Positions 31,060 to 40,765 of a stretch of DNA of 64,000 nucleotides are shown here, piece after piece. A program made the position numbers and the translations under genes. The notes below the pieces were generated by a model. That model saw only the letters and a program-made list of their open reading frames with translations. It made no database searches and had not been told where the DNA came from. How positions within the stretch are numbered: the stretch's first letter is position 1; the number at the start of each line of letters is the position of its first letter. The stretch spans positions 32,001 to 96,000 of the forward strand of contig JBOEGF010000032.1 of assembly GCA_050633305.1 (NCBI GenBank). Direction: 5' to 3'. This DNA is from Nannocystales bacterium (GTDB lineage Bacteria; Myxococcota_A; Polyangia; Nannocystales; Nannocystaceae).

Positions 31060-33053
31060 GCTTTACCTGCTTTCGATGCCGAAGCCCCATGCCGCCGCGC
31101 CGCGGGGATGTTGTCCCGCTCTCTGAGGCGTTTGCGCATGAAGATGAAGATGCCCATCAACAGGGCCGGGATTGGAGGAAGCAGCAGCGACCAGATCCGA
31201 ATGCGGTTTTGGATCTCGTCGACGCTTCGTCGGTGCTCCGTCTCCGTCCGGGCGACCGCGCGCTGTTTGTCGCGCTCGATCGTTTCGGTCTTGGCGATGA
31301 GGCGGCGGTTCTCCGTCTCCTCAGCGCTCTTGAGCAACACCTGTTTGGTGGTCTCGTCGAGGTCTGCTCGCTCCTTGACCGCCGCGACCGCAGCTTCGAG
31401 GGCGGTCTTGGCTTCTTCGAGTTCGGCGTCCGCGGCCTTGTTGGCAGCGTCGATCTGCGCCTGCCGTTGCTCCCGAGCATCCTTGGTCTCTTCGTCGAGC
31501 TTCGTCAACCGACGGAAGGTCTGTCGCCGCCTACGGAGTTCGACGAACCGGTCGTCCCCGGCCAGCGAATCGACGGCGTTGAGTAAGAAGGACACGTTGT
31601 CGAAGCGCACGTCATCCAGACCATCGCCATCGACGTCGCCGCCACGGGAGTGCATCTGGAAGAAGAGGTCACCGAACAAGTCGAGGTCGGCCAACACGAT
31701 CAGGTTACGATCGGCGTGGCCCCCTGCCCCGTCCTCGCCCTCTCCGGCGACCGCTCCGCCCTTGATCCGTGCGCCCATCACGTAGCTCTCCGCTGTCGCC
31801 TCACCCAGCGCGCGCGGAGGAATGGGACCCTGCATGCCGAACAGCGGGTGACGCTGCACCATGTCGTCGAACACGTTGACGCCGGAGGCCTTGGACGTGG
31901 TCAGCAGCGGCGTGAACTTGTCCTGATACCCGTCGGCAGCCTTGATGGCGCCGGGGTAGAGCAGCACCACTTGGCTGAGCCCATCCACAGTGGCGTCGAT
32001 ACCGTCGAACTCGGTGACGCCGCTACCGTCCGAGCGATGCGCGAAGACGATCTGCGGCTGGATCCCCGCGAACACGGGGTTGGGGTTCGTGCGGTCGTAG
32101 ACGATCTGGTCGTCTGCCCACTCGACACCGAAGTCGCGCAGCAGGCCCAGGTAGTCACCTTTGGGCTCCGAGGGCGGGCCGCCGCCGAACATGTTGTTCT
32201 GCTGCTGGCCCGGCGGAGGAAGCTTGTCCTCGCGGGGCGAGAGCCGAACGTCGAACAACGGCATGGGGTCGGCGGTCAGGAGCGCGGGCCGACCGGCGTC
32301 CACGTAGACGCGCACCGTGTCGAGCTCTTCCTGGGAGCAGCTCGCAAGCTGCGGGACCAGCAGAACATCGACGTCTTCGGGGATCTCCGCCTTGGGGTTG
32401 AGGCTACGAACCTCGTACTGCTTCTTCAGCTCGGCGATGATCTGCCACGCCGGCTGCTGGCGCTTGGCCTGCAGATCGAAGTTGCCCATGATCGTCGCGT
32501 CGTTGCGCAACACGCCGACCACGCGCTTTTTCTCTTGCGTGACGACTCGAAGCGCGCGGGCCACCTCGTACTCGACGGACAGACCGCGATCGAGGAACGG
32601 CACGACCTCTTCGCGCGGTCCCGAGACGAAGGCGAGGCCCATGAAGACCTCCATCGCGTCGACCCGGCCCGCCGAACGATCGGCGAGCTGGCGCGGCACG
32701 ATACCGAAGTTCTCCATCGCGTCTTCGGCCTCGAGCGAGAACGGCTCGGGCTCGACGATGCGAACGATGAGTCCCTCTCCCCCCTGCGCTTCCATGGTGC
32801 GCAGGATGTTGAGCAGGCGCGTGCGCGCGGTGACGTACTCGCGGGGCACCTCCTTGGAGATGAACGCATGCACGGTGACCGGACGCTCGACACCGATGCC
32901 TTGGATCACCCCGAGCGAGTCGGGCGTGATCTCAGAGAGGTGTTCTTCGGTGACGTCGGCGAACGAGTTCGCGCGCGCCCCCATGTATCCGACCGACGCT
33001 GCGGCGGCGACCAAGGAGAAGAAACGGACCAGCTGATGGTTGCGGCGGGTCAT
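31056..33053 (-). CDS. GldG-like ABC auxiliary component
   Basis: DVTEEHLSEITP, EYEVARAL, FLLNAVDSLAGD, C-terminal TM. Confidence 0.8.
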   Translation of the reverse strand: MTRRNHQLVRFFSLVAAAASVGYMGARANSFADVTEEHLSEITPDSLGVIQGIGVERPVTVHAFISKEVPREYVTARTRLLNILRTMEAQGGEGLIVRIVEPEPFSLEAEDAMENFGIVPRQLADRSAGRVDAMEVFMGLAFVSGPREEVVPFLDRGLSVEYEVARALRVVTQEKKRVVGVLRNDATIMGNFDLQAKRQQPAWQIIAELKKQYEVRSLNPKAEIPEDVDVLLVPQLASCSQEELDTVRVYVDAGRPALLTADPMPLFDVRLSPREDKLPPPGQQQNNMFGGGPPSEPKGDYLGLLRDFGVEWADDQIVYDRTNPNPVFAGIQPQIVFAHRSDGSGVTEFDGIDATVDGLSQVVLLYPGAIKAADGYQDKFTPLLTTSKASGVNVFDDMVQRHPLFGMQGPIPPRALGEATAESYVMGARIKGGAVAGEGEDGAGGHADRNLIVLADLDLFGDLFFQMHSRGGDVDGDGLDDVRFDNVSFLLNAVDSLAGDDRFVELRRRRQTFRRLTKLDEETKDAREQRQAQIDAANKAADAELEEAKTALEAAVAAVKERADLDETTKQVLLKSAEETENRRLIAKTETIERDKQRAVARTETEHRRSVDEIQNRIRIWSLLLPPIPALLMGIFIFMRKRLRERDNIPAARRHGASASKAGKA

Positions 33054-33055
33054 GA

Positions 33056-34003
33056 CTACCAGTGCCTCCGGCCAAGCAAGAACGAAGCGAGATACAGAAG
33101 GACGGCGATGCCGCCCGCGAAGTACAGGACGTCTCCGAGCCGGACGACGCCTTCGCCGAAGCTTGCGACGTGGTCGGTGACCGACAAGGCATCGAACACA
33201 TCGACAAAGCCGTTGCCGTCGCGAAGCGCCGCGGCGCCGGCCTCAGAAGCAGCCTCAGAAGCAGCCTCAGAGTCGGACGCCGGAGCGCTCTGTGAGCCGC
33301 GCCCGGCGAGCAGCCACGCGAACGTCGCCGCCAAACCGCCCACAAGACCCCCGATACCGGCAGCCGAGCCCTTGTTGGTGAGCGTGAAGGTGGTCAGCGC
33401 CGCTGCGGCACCGATGAGTGCCGCGCCGAGCAACCCGCTGGCCCACGGCTGCGTCCCTGCGAACACCAGACCTGCACAGCCCAGAGCGCCCAGGATGAAC
33501 GCAACGGTGGCGTTCTTGGTCAGCATGGACGCCACCAGCCCAATGGCGCAGAACAGCGCCCCCATGAGCAAGTAGCCCAGGTAGGTCGAGACCATCAGCC
33601 CCATGTCGGGGTCGCCCAGGTACATCAGCACCCCGACGTTGGACAGCGAGAACGCCAGCGAGATGGCGTACATGCCCAGCACTCCAAAGTACTTTCCGAG
33701 AACAACCTCGACATCGCGGACCGGCATGGTCAACAGCAGTTCGTCGGTCCCACCGCGACGCTCCTCGGCCCACGCGCCCATCGTGATGGCGGGGACGAAG
33801 AACATGAGGATCGCCGGCATCATCGCGTTGAGTTCGGCGAGGTCGGCGAGGTTGCGTGCGAAGAAGCCGTCCTGAAGGAACGCCGCTGCGGCGGTCGTCG
33901 CGATGAACAGCGTGAGGAAGACGTACCCGGTGGGATTGCCGAGGTACTGGCGCATGTCCTTTCGGAACACGGCCGAGACGACACCAAAGTCGATACCCAT
34001 CAT
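33056..34003 (-). CDS. ABC-2 permease, GldF-like
   Basis: PAITMGAWAEERRGGTDELLLTMP, VVLGKY, SMLTKN. Confidence 0.88.
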   Translation of the reverse strand: MMGIDFGVVSAVFRKDMRQYLGNPTGYVFLTLFIATTAAAAFLQDGFFARNLADLAELNAMMPAILMFFVPAITMGAWAEERRGGTDELLLTMPVRDVEVVLGKYFGVLGMYAISLAFSLSNVGVLMYLGDPDMGLMVSTYLGYLLMGALFCAIGLVASMLTKNATVAFILGALGCAGLVFAGTQPWASGLLGAALIGAAAALTTFTLTNKGSAAGIGGLVGGLAATFAWLLAGRGSQSAPASDSEAASEAASEAGAAALRDGNGFVDVFDALSVTDHVASFGEGVVRLGDVLYFAGGIAVLLYLASFLLGRRHW

Positions 34004-34803
34004 GCAGCCCCTTTCTTGTTCTGTGGCTTTTTCTGTGACTTGTCCTGGTTCTTGCCCTCGGTGAGGTCATAGAACCGGTCTTCGATCGAGCCAGCCTTGA
34101 GCAACTCGTCCTTGGACCCGGTGAAGGCGATCTTGCCGTTGTAGACGAAGACCACATCGTCGGCCACGGCCTCCACCTCTTGAAGGATGTGGGTCGAAAG
34201 CAGGATGGTCTTCTCTTGACCCAGCTCTCGGATGAGCGCTCGCACCTCCCTGATCTGGAGCGGATCCAGGCCTGAGGTGGGCTCATCGAGGATCAAGACC
34301 TCCGGGTCGTGGAGCAGGGCCTGCGCCATGCCGACCCGCTGCCGAAAGCCCTTGGAGAGCTTGTCGATCGGCTTGTGAAGAACCTCCCCGATCGCACACC
34401 GCGAGACGACGTCGCGGATCCGCTTGGCCGAACCGTCCAGCTTGCGGATCGAAGAGACGAACTCCAGCGACTCCTGCGGGGTCATGTCCCGGTACAACGG
34501 GCCCGACTCGGGCAGATAGCCCAGTCGCCGCGCCAGCTCGATGCGGGTGTCCGCATCGGAGGGGTCGAACCCCAGCACCTCGGCTCGACCCGAGGTGGGC
34601 GAGGAGAAGCCGGTGAGGATCTTCATCGTGGTCGACTTGCCGGCACCGTTGGGGCCCAAGAACGCGGCCACGGTGCCCTTGCGGACCTCGAAGGAGACGT
34701 CGTGAAGCGCGGCAAACTGGCCGTAGATTTTACTCAGTCGGTCGGCCCGGATGGTGACCGGCCGATCGCTTGGCGTCCGGTAGGGGCTGTCTTTTTCGCT
34801 CAT
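34000..34803 (-). CDS. ABC transporter ATP-binding protein, GldA-like
   Basis: GPNGAGKST, LSKGFRQR, ILDEPTSGLD, STHIL. Confidence 0.93.
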   Translation of the reverse strand: MSEKDSPYRTPSDRPVTIRADRLSKIYGQFAALHDVSFEVRKGTVAAFLGPNGAGKSTTMKILTGFSSPTSGRAEVLGFDPSDADTRIELARRLGYLPESGPLYRDMTPQESLEFVSSIRKLDGSAKRIRDVVSRCAIGEVLHKPIDKLSKGFRQRVGMAQALLHDPEVLILDEPTSGLDPLQIREVRALIRELGQEKTILLSTHILQEVEAVADDVVFVYNGKIAFTGSKDELLKAGSIEDRFYDLTEGKNQDKSQKKPQNKKGAA

Positions 34804-35003
34804 GGAAAGCGGTTCCTCCTGCATCAAAGAACGGTCGAGAACGGTGTCTGGCCGAGCATGGCTTGACGTTTGGACCGCGTGCCCGGCGCGGCGCACATGG
34901 TAAAGCCCGGTGCTCCAACGTCAACCGACAACCGACAAAAAGGGCACCTCAGGCTCCTGGCCGAAATTCCGTCTGGAACGTCGCGTGGCCTACCATTCAC
35001 GCG

Positions 35004-36173
35004 ATGCCCAACGTCCGGACGCGCATTGCCATCGCCACGCTTCTTGCCGTTGGCGCCTGCGACAAGGGGGCGTCTGAAGAAACGCGTGGATCGCAGACCC
35101 CCGAGGAGCCGGCCGCACAGCCCGCTCCGGATGACGCTCTCGACGCCGCTGCGCGTGATGCAGCAACCGAACCGGAACCGGGGCCGGAGCCAACACCCCC
35201 ACCCGAGCCCGAACCGACGTTTGGCCCCGCGGCGCTCACCGCCCTGACCGACACCCAGCGCCAAACGCTGGCGATCGGGAAAGAAGATCCGCCGCTCCCG
35301 GTCGACATCCACTACGTCCAGAGCAACGAGAAGCGCCACGACCTGTTCTTCCCCTACATCGAGGACGTCGGCGGCTGCGCCATCGGAGTCGGCTCGGACC
35401 AGACGTTCACCGCAGCGGCCAAGGCCCGCTCCACCCTCCTGTTCATGATGGATATCGACCGCCGCATCGTCGACCTCCACCTCATGCACCGGGTTTTCGT
35501 GCTGGCCTCGGAAACCCCAGCGGAGAACTGGGCCTGGTGGGATGCGAAGAACGCGGATGAGGCGAAGGCGCTGCTGGAGGAGAAGCTCCCCGACGGCGGC
35601 GCCACCGAGGCTACCGTCAGACGGACGCTCCGCGGCTACCATGCCTATCGAGAGACCGTCTATCGCCACCTGCGACGCGTCATCGAGCGGGAGCGCAACG
35701 GGGCCCAAGTCACCTGGCTCTCCGACCCCGAAAGCTACGCCCACATTCGTGCGCTGTACCAGACGGGTCGAGTCCGGATCATGCAGGGCAACCTCGCGGG
35801 AGCGCACAGCATGCGGACCGCGGCCGCAGCCTGCGAGGCTCTCGGCGAGACGATGCGCGTCGTCTACATGAGCAACGCCGAGGAGTACTTCACGTACACC
35901 CCTGACTTCGTCGCCAACGTGCAGGCGCAGCCCACCGACGCCAAGAGCGTCCTGCTACGCACGATCTACTCCAAGAAGTGGGAGCACGCCGATCTGTGGG
36001 CATACCAGGTCCACAAGCTGTCGGACTTCAAGGAGCGGTTGAGCGACCGAAAGAACCGCAAGCGCACCGCGATGCTCCGCTACGCCAAGAAGGACGGCGG
36101 GCTCGAGCGGGAGTCACTGAGCATCAAGGGCTTCTCACGCATCGGCTACGTCGGGGACGACGACGCGCCCTAG
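35004..36173 (+). CDS. Uncharacterised lipoprotein, possible methyltransferase-like fold
   Basis: Lipobox VGAC, Pro/Glu linker, then SNE, IGVGSDQ, MDID, YMSNAEEY. Confidence 0.6.
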   Translation: MPNVRTRIAIATLLAVGACDKGASEETRGSQTPEEPAAQPAPDDALDAAARDAATEPEPGPEPTPPPEPEPTFGPAALTALTDTQRQTLAIGKEDPPLPVDIHYVQSNEKRHDLFFPYIEDVGGCAIGVGSDQTFTAAAKARSTLLFMMDIDRRIVDLHLMHRVFVLASETPAENWAWWDAKNADEAKALLEEKLPDGGATEATVRRTLRGYHAYRETVYRHLRRVIERERNGAQVTWLSDPESYAHIRALYQTGRVRIMQGNLAGAHSMRTAAAACEALGETMRVVYMSNAEEYFTYTPDFVANVQAQPTDAKSVLLRTIYSKKWEHADLWAYQVHKLSDFKERLSDRKNRKRTAMLRYAKKDGGLERESLSIKGFSRIGYVGDDDAP

Positions 36174-36190
36174 CATACTGTCCCTGGGGG

Positions 36191-37510
36191 TCACAGATCT
36201 TGGACCGCGTGTCCGCGCAGCGGATCCTCGAGCGGACCCACCGGCGGCCCCAAGACTTCGGGCTCTCCGCTCGTCACCGCGACGATGTCTTCGATGCGGA
36301 CCCCGAATGCCCCCGGAACGTAGATGCCGGGTTCGTTGGACATGGTCATGCCCGGGCGGAGGACCAGCGCGTTCTCCGGACGGAGGTACGGCGGCTCATG
36401 GACTTGCAGTCCAATACCGTGACCCAGGCGGTGGGTGAAGTGCTCGTAGCCACCGCCGTGCCCCGCGGCATCGATGACCGCACGAGCAGCGGCATCCGCA
36501 GCACGACACGGGACGCCATCTCGGAGCTCCAGGAGCGCCGCAGCTTGAGCCCGAGCGACAGCAGTCCACGCCTCGACGAAGGCGGGCACCGCAGCCCCGA
36601 CCGCCCAGGTTCGGCTCACGTCACTGCGGTAGCCGTGCAGCCCTCCCCCCGTGTCCACGAGGACAACGTCGTCTTCTGCCAGGACGCGGTCGTCCTGCGT
36701 CCCGTGGGGAAAGGACGCGGCGGGTCCGAAGAGTGCGAGACACCACACTTGCTGCAGCCCCGCGGCTTCCTGCGCTGCCGTGACCTCCGCCGCAAACGCG
36801 CTCTGGGTCATCCCCGGTTGCAGGGTCTCCGCGGCAGCCGCGATCGCTGCCTTCGTCGCCTCGTTGGCGCGACGAAGGCGGTCGAGTTCGGCCGAGGTCT
36901 TCCGCAGCCGAACGCTCCCGATCGGCGTCGCGTCGACCACCGTCCGGGCCACGTGAGTCCGCATTCCGGCGTAGATGAACCCCCGCGCGTCCGAGTCGAC
37001 CGCGAGCTTCGACCGCTTGCCGACGAAGCCCGTCGCGACCGCGAATGGATCCTCGTGCTCTTGCCACAACAGCACCTCAGCCCCCGGCGGCAGCCGCTCG
37101 TCTGCAGAGCGCCGCTCGAACGCGGGACAAACCCAGGCCATGGCCCCGTCCGATTTCAGCAGGCACAAGAACGGACGCTCGCTCCGACCCCAGCGCACTC
37201 CGGCGAGGTACTGCATGTTCGGGCCCGGCTCGAGAAGCAGCGCGTCGAGTCCCACGGTCTGCAGCGCCGCCGCCACGTTCCGAACCCGCGCGGCGTACTC
37301 GTCAGGGCCGACCGCCTCGATGCCATCACAGAACCCGTGAAGCATCGCGTAGCGCTCTGGCGTCGTGGAGGTGTCCGTGGGCTTGGCCCGGGGCCCCGCG
37401 ACTGCCGAGGGCGTCGCGATCACACCTGCGACGCCCGCCGGTCCGCGACGGCAGCCCGACAGAACCGAAGCCATCGTCATCGAGGAGAACGCGCGCCTGG
37501 AGAGCCTCAT
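36191..37510 (-). CDS. Xaa-Pro peptidase (M24), Tat-exported lipoprotein
   Basis: SRRAF plus LSGC; DTGG, SDVSRT, HRLGHGIGLQVHEPP, NEPGIY, GVRIED. Confidence 0.9.
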   Translation of the reverse strand: MRLSRRAFSSMTMASVLSGCRRGPAGVAGVIATPSAVAGPRAKPTDTSTTPERYAMLHGFCDGIEAVGPDEYAARVRNVAAALQTVGLDALLLEPGPNMQYLAGVRWGRSERPFLCLLKSDGAMAWVCPAFERRSADERLPPGAEVLLWQEHEDPFAVATGFVGKRSKLAVDSDARGFIYAGMRTHVARTVVDATPIGSVRLRKTSAELDRLRRANEATKAAIAAAAETLQPGMTQSAFAAEVTAAQEAAGLQQVWCLALFGPAASFPHGTQDDRVLAEDDVVLVDTGGGLHGYRSDVSRTWAVGAAVPAFVEAWTAVARAQAAALLELRDGVPCRAADAAARAVIDAAGHGGGYEHFTHRLGHGIGLQVHEPPYLRPENALVLRPGMTMSNEPGIYVPGAFGVRIEDIVAVTSGEPEVLGPPVGPLEDPLRGHAVQDL

Positions 37511-37542
37511 CCCGCTGACGGTCGCGCCACAGCGCGCCGGCG

Positions 37543-38562
37543 TCAACGTCCGCCGAGGATGTCTTGCGCTCGGGCGACCGCAACGACCGCGGGAGGCTGT
37601 CCCAGCCGGACCGAGGTTTCAAGCACCTCGAGCGTCGTGGCTTCGATGCGGTCGATCGCCGCCGCAACAGCGTCGCGGTCCGGCTCAGGAGCGCCCGTCA
37701 CGGTCAGCACGCCTTCGATCACCGCGCCCGCGCTGACGATCACGTCCGGGGCGTGTGCGATGCCAGCGGCGTGCAGCAGCAGGCCGACCTCCGCGGTCCG
37801 AAGCTGATTGTTGGCCGAGCCGCAGATCGCTCGACAACGCAGTCGTGGGACCAACTCCGCCGAGATGATGCCTCCGACCGCGCACGGGATGAGCACGTCG
37901 CACGGCGTCTCCAGGATCCGACTCGGCGCCACGATCTGCGCGCCCGCATCCTTCGCGGCACGAACAGCGGCGGCCGACGTGTCGGCCGCGACCACGCGAA
38001 CCCGCAATGCTCGCAACGTGCGAATGAGCGCCAGGCCAACTGCTCCACAGCCCTGAATCGCGACCGAGCTCCCTCGCCCCTCGATGTCGAGGAACGACCA
38101 CACCGCGCGAAGACCCGCCATCACACCGCGCGCCGTCGCACGCCCCGCATCGTTGTCGAGCGGATTGACGTGCTCGGTCGCGGTTCGGATCCACCCGAGT
38201 TCCCGGTCGCCAGTCCCCAGGTCGGGTCCGCAGACATACCGTCCGCCCAGGTGCTCGATCGCGCTCCCCAAGCGACGGTAGACCTCGGGAAGGTCGAGCC
38301 CTTCTCGACCGATGACCACGGTCTTCGCGCCGCCGGCCGGAAGCCCCGCGAGCGCGGTCTTGAAGGTCATCGCCGAAGCGAGTGCGAGCGCGTCCGACAA
38401 GGCTAGCCCTTCCGAGCCGTACGCGAGTCGTCGCACGCCACCGAACGCGGGTCCTCGACGGGTGCTGTCGATCGCGATGATCGCATGCAGTCCCAGCGCC
38501 CGGTCGTTGAGGACGACGAGTTCTTCGTAGTTCCAACCGGGACCGGAGCGGTCGAACAGCAT
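37543..38562 (-). CDS. Glu/Leu/Phe/Val dehydrogenase
   Basis: GPAFGGVR, MTFK, GGAKTV, GPDLGT, QGCGAVG, GSANNQL. Confidence 0.88.
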   Translation of the reverse strand: MLFDRSGPGWNYEELVVLNDRALGLHAIIAIDSTRRGPAFGGVRRLAYGSEGLALSDALALASAMTFKTALAGLPAGGAKTVVIGREGLDLPEVYRRLGSAIEHLGGRYVCGPDLGTGDRELGWIRTATEHVNPLDNDAGRATARGVMAGLRAVWSFLDIEGRGSSVAIQGCGAVGLALIRTLRALRVRVVAADTSAAAVRAAKDAGAQIVAPSRILETPCDVLIPCAVGGIISAELVPRLRCRAICGSANNQLRTAEVGLLLHAAGIAHAPDVIVSAGAVIEGVLTVTGAPEPDRDAVAAAIDRIEATTLEVLETSVRLGQPPAVVAVARAQDILGGR

Positions 38563-38623
38563 GGCGGGAACCTACCCCGAAAACCCCCGAAGGTGCGAGA
38601 GGGGCACAGGTTCTCAGGAGGCC

Positions 38624-39139
38624 TCAGACTTGGCCGAGGATCCGAGCTTTCTGCTGGTTGAATTCCTCTTCGCTCAGGAGTCCAGCAATGCGGAGTTCGT
38701 TGAGTTTTTCGAGTTTCTTGGCGAGGTCCTCAGGGGACAGGCTCGCCGCTGGCGGTGCAGCAGGGCCCAAGGCCGGCTGTGGGGGGTAACCGGGGGCGCC
38801 GTGAGGGGGCGGCGGGTAGCCACCATGCATGTTCGGCTGCGGCGGATACCCCGGCGCGCCGTAGGGCGTTGGCGGATACCCCGGCATGTACCCTGCGGGT
38901 GGCAGCATGTTGACCACTACCTGCGGCAACATGTTCGCGCCATTGAACCGACGATTGAACTCGTCGGTGTCCATCAGCGCGAGGACGAAGAAATCGATCA
39001 CGGCCAGCAACGCTGGGATCATCGTGAGCGAGAAGAGCAGGTACATCAGTCCGGCCCCGGTCCGCCCGAGGTAAAATTTGTGGACCCCGATCCCGCCGAG
39101 GAACAGCGCGAGGATTGCCGCGACGTTCTTGTCCTTCAT
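38624..39139 (-). CDS. TM2/NINE-domain membrane protein with C-terminal SHOCT
   Basis: LALFLGGIGVHKFYLG; Pro/Gly/Tyr linker; LEKLNELRIAGLLSEEEFNQQKARIL. Confidence 0.85.
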   Translation of the reverse strand: MKDKNVAAILALFLGGIGVHKFYLGRTGAGLMYLLFSLTMIPALLAVIDFFVLALMDTDEFNRRFNGANMLPQVVVNMLPPAGYMPGYPPTPYGAPGYPPQPNMHGGYPPPPHGAPGYPPQPALGPAAPPAASLSPEDLAKKLEKLNELRIAGLLSEEEFNQQKARILGQV

Positions 39140-39178
39140 CCGTGGTCTTTCGCCATTTTGGTTCGTCGAGTCTCGGAG

Positions 39179-39796
39179 TCAGCCGTTGCGAGCGTCACGC
39201 TCGGACAACATCAAGGACGCCGCGGTGCCCGTCTCGGTTGCAGTCTGCATACGATAGACCCACTGACCGGTGTCGAGGTCGAGATCTTCCTCAACAACGC
39301 CGGCCTGTTTCATATGCAGCAACGTCTCGACGAGCGCCGATTCGGTCCACCGCAGCGCCTGGGCCAACTCCTCGAACGTCGCCTGACGACGCTCCTGGAG
39401 CCAGCCTTGGACCCGTCGGCCGCGTTCGGCGAGCACGGTCGGGCTCACTGTGGGCGCAGGTGGTAGCGCCTGGGTTTGAGCGGCTTCGAGCTGAGACTTC
39501 CGTTTGAGCGCACCGAGAAATGCGACGCCGCCCCCGAACGTGACCATCCCCCCGAACAGCGTCGCGGTGCCCAGGGTCAACGGCAGCGCGAGGCCAAGTC
39601 CAAGGCCCACCATTGCCAGCCCCACGCCGCCGAGCAGGAGGCCGCCAGGCGGCAACGGTGACTTTTCGACCCAGCTGCGGAGGTCTCCGGTGCCTTGGGT
39701 GCGCACCGGAGCATTCCCGGCACTTGGTTCGATGCGCTGAAGTGCACCCGCCGGTCGCATCTGCGTGCGGAGTTCTTCCACCGGGAGGTGCGCCAT
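39179..39796 (-). CDS. Hypothetical two-TM protein with C-terminal wHTH-like region
   Basis: Two Gly/Leu-rich hydrophobic helices; TFEELAQAL...EEDLDLDTGQWVY. Confidence 0.6.
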   Translation of the reverse strand: MAHLPVEELRTQMRPAGALQRIEPSAGNAPVRTQGTGDLRSWVEKSPLPPGGLLLGGVGLAMVGLGLGLALPLTLGTATLFGGMVTFGGGVAFLGALKRKSQLEAAQTQALPPAPTVSPTVLAERGRRVQGWLQERRQATFEELAQALRWTESALVETLLHMKQAGVVEEDLDLDTGQWVYRMQTATETGTAASLMLSERDARNG

Positions 39797-39946
39797 CGAC
39801 GTCAGGCTAGCAGCCCCTGCGTCCCGCGACCATGACTGCACACAACGGTGTCAGGTTCGGCCCCCAAGGTGCGGTACGTCGCCCCCCGGGTCCCGCCTTG
39901 GTTTGAGCCGCGTGCGCTGCATCTGTTAGCGTGCCCCGGCCTGCCC

Positions 39947-40711
39947 ATGCGCTTGCGATTGCCCTTGATTCTCCTTCTCGCCGCTGCGCCCGGTTGTCTC
40001 GATACTGGCAAAGGTGAGCTCATCACGATCTTCGCAACGCATCACGCATCGCCCGAAGACGACAGTTTCCCGTTCCGCGGTGACGACTTGCAGCCGCGAG
40101 TGTTCGACCTGGAAGACGGTTGGGAGCTCACCCTCGCCGAGTCGTACGTCACCATCGCCTCGACGACGCTGGTCAGTTGTTCGGGGAGCGAGCACGAGTT
40201 GCAGATGTTCTGGGGTCCTTGCCCGGAGGATCTGCGGCGGGCAGACCTCGAGGCGCTGACCGTCTCCGGTCTAAAGGTTCCCCCCGGCGACTACTGCGGT
40301 CTCGAGATCCAATACGCCCCGTACGAGACCCCGGTCATCGAGGACGACGCCGAGACCCGGCACGTTGTCCCCACCCTGGAGGACGTCGAAGGCGACAGCG
40401 TGTTCCTACGGGGTATCGCCCGCCGCGGCGAGGACGAAAGCGTCCCCTTCCAGCTCGAAAACGGCGAAGACTTCACGGTCATGCTCGATCTGAGCGAGCT
40501 CGAAGGTCCGGGCAACCCGCTGACCGTGAGCCGAGGGCAAGCGTTCCCCACCGAGGTGACAGTCACCAAGACCTACGACCGATTCTTCGACGAAGTCGAC
40601 TGGGAGAACTTCGACGAGCAGCTGCTCGAAGACTCGATCGACGAGGTCCTGGCCGACCAAACCCGGGTCACACGCGGCCTGACCATTCCCCCTGATCTCT
40701 ACGACGAGTAG
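39947..40711 (+). CDS. Hypothetical acidic lipoprotein
   Basis: Signal LILLLAAAPGC; beta-rich acidic mature part. Confidence 0.65.
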   Translation: MRLRLPLILLLAAAPGCLDTGKGELITIFATHHASPEDDSFPFRGDDLQPRVFDLEDGWELTLAESYVTIASTTLVSCSGSEHELQMFWGPCPEDLRRADLEALTVSGLKVPPGDYCGLEIQYAPYETPVIEDDAETRHVVPTLEDVEGDSVFLRGIARRGEDESVPFQLENGEDFTVMLDLSELEGPGNPLTVSRGQAFPTEVTVTKTYDRFFDEVDWENFDEQLLEDSIDEVLADQTRVTRGLTIPPDLYDE

Positions 40712-40765
40712 TCCCTCCCCCGGCGCCCTGCCCGTTTGCACACATGGAGCGCGAACGGAGCGAGC

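Noticed and set aside
33240..33271. 12-bp in-frame repeat in the ABC permease
   Set aside because: Encodes an SEAA linker; cannot cause phase variation
37543..38562. Leu/Phe dehydrogenase as ScyB-like precursor supplier for the ThDP enzyme
   Set aside because: 13 kb away in an unrelated context; no evidence of linkage
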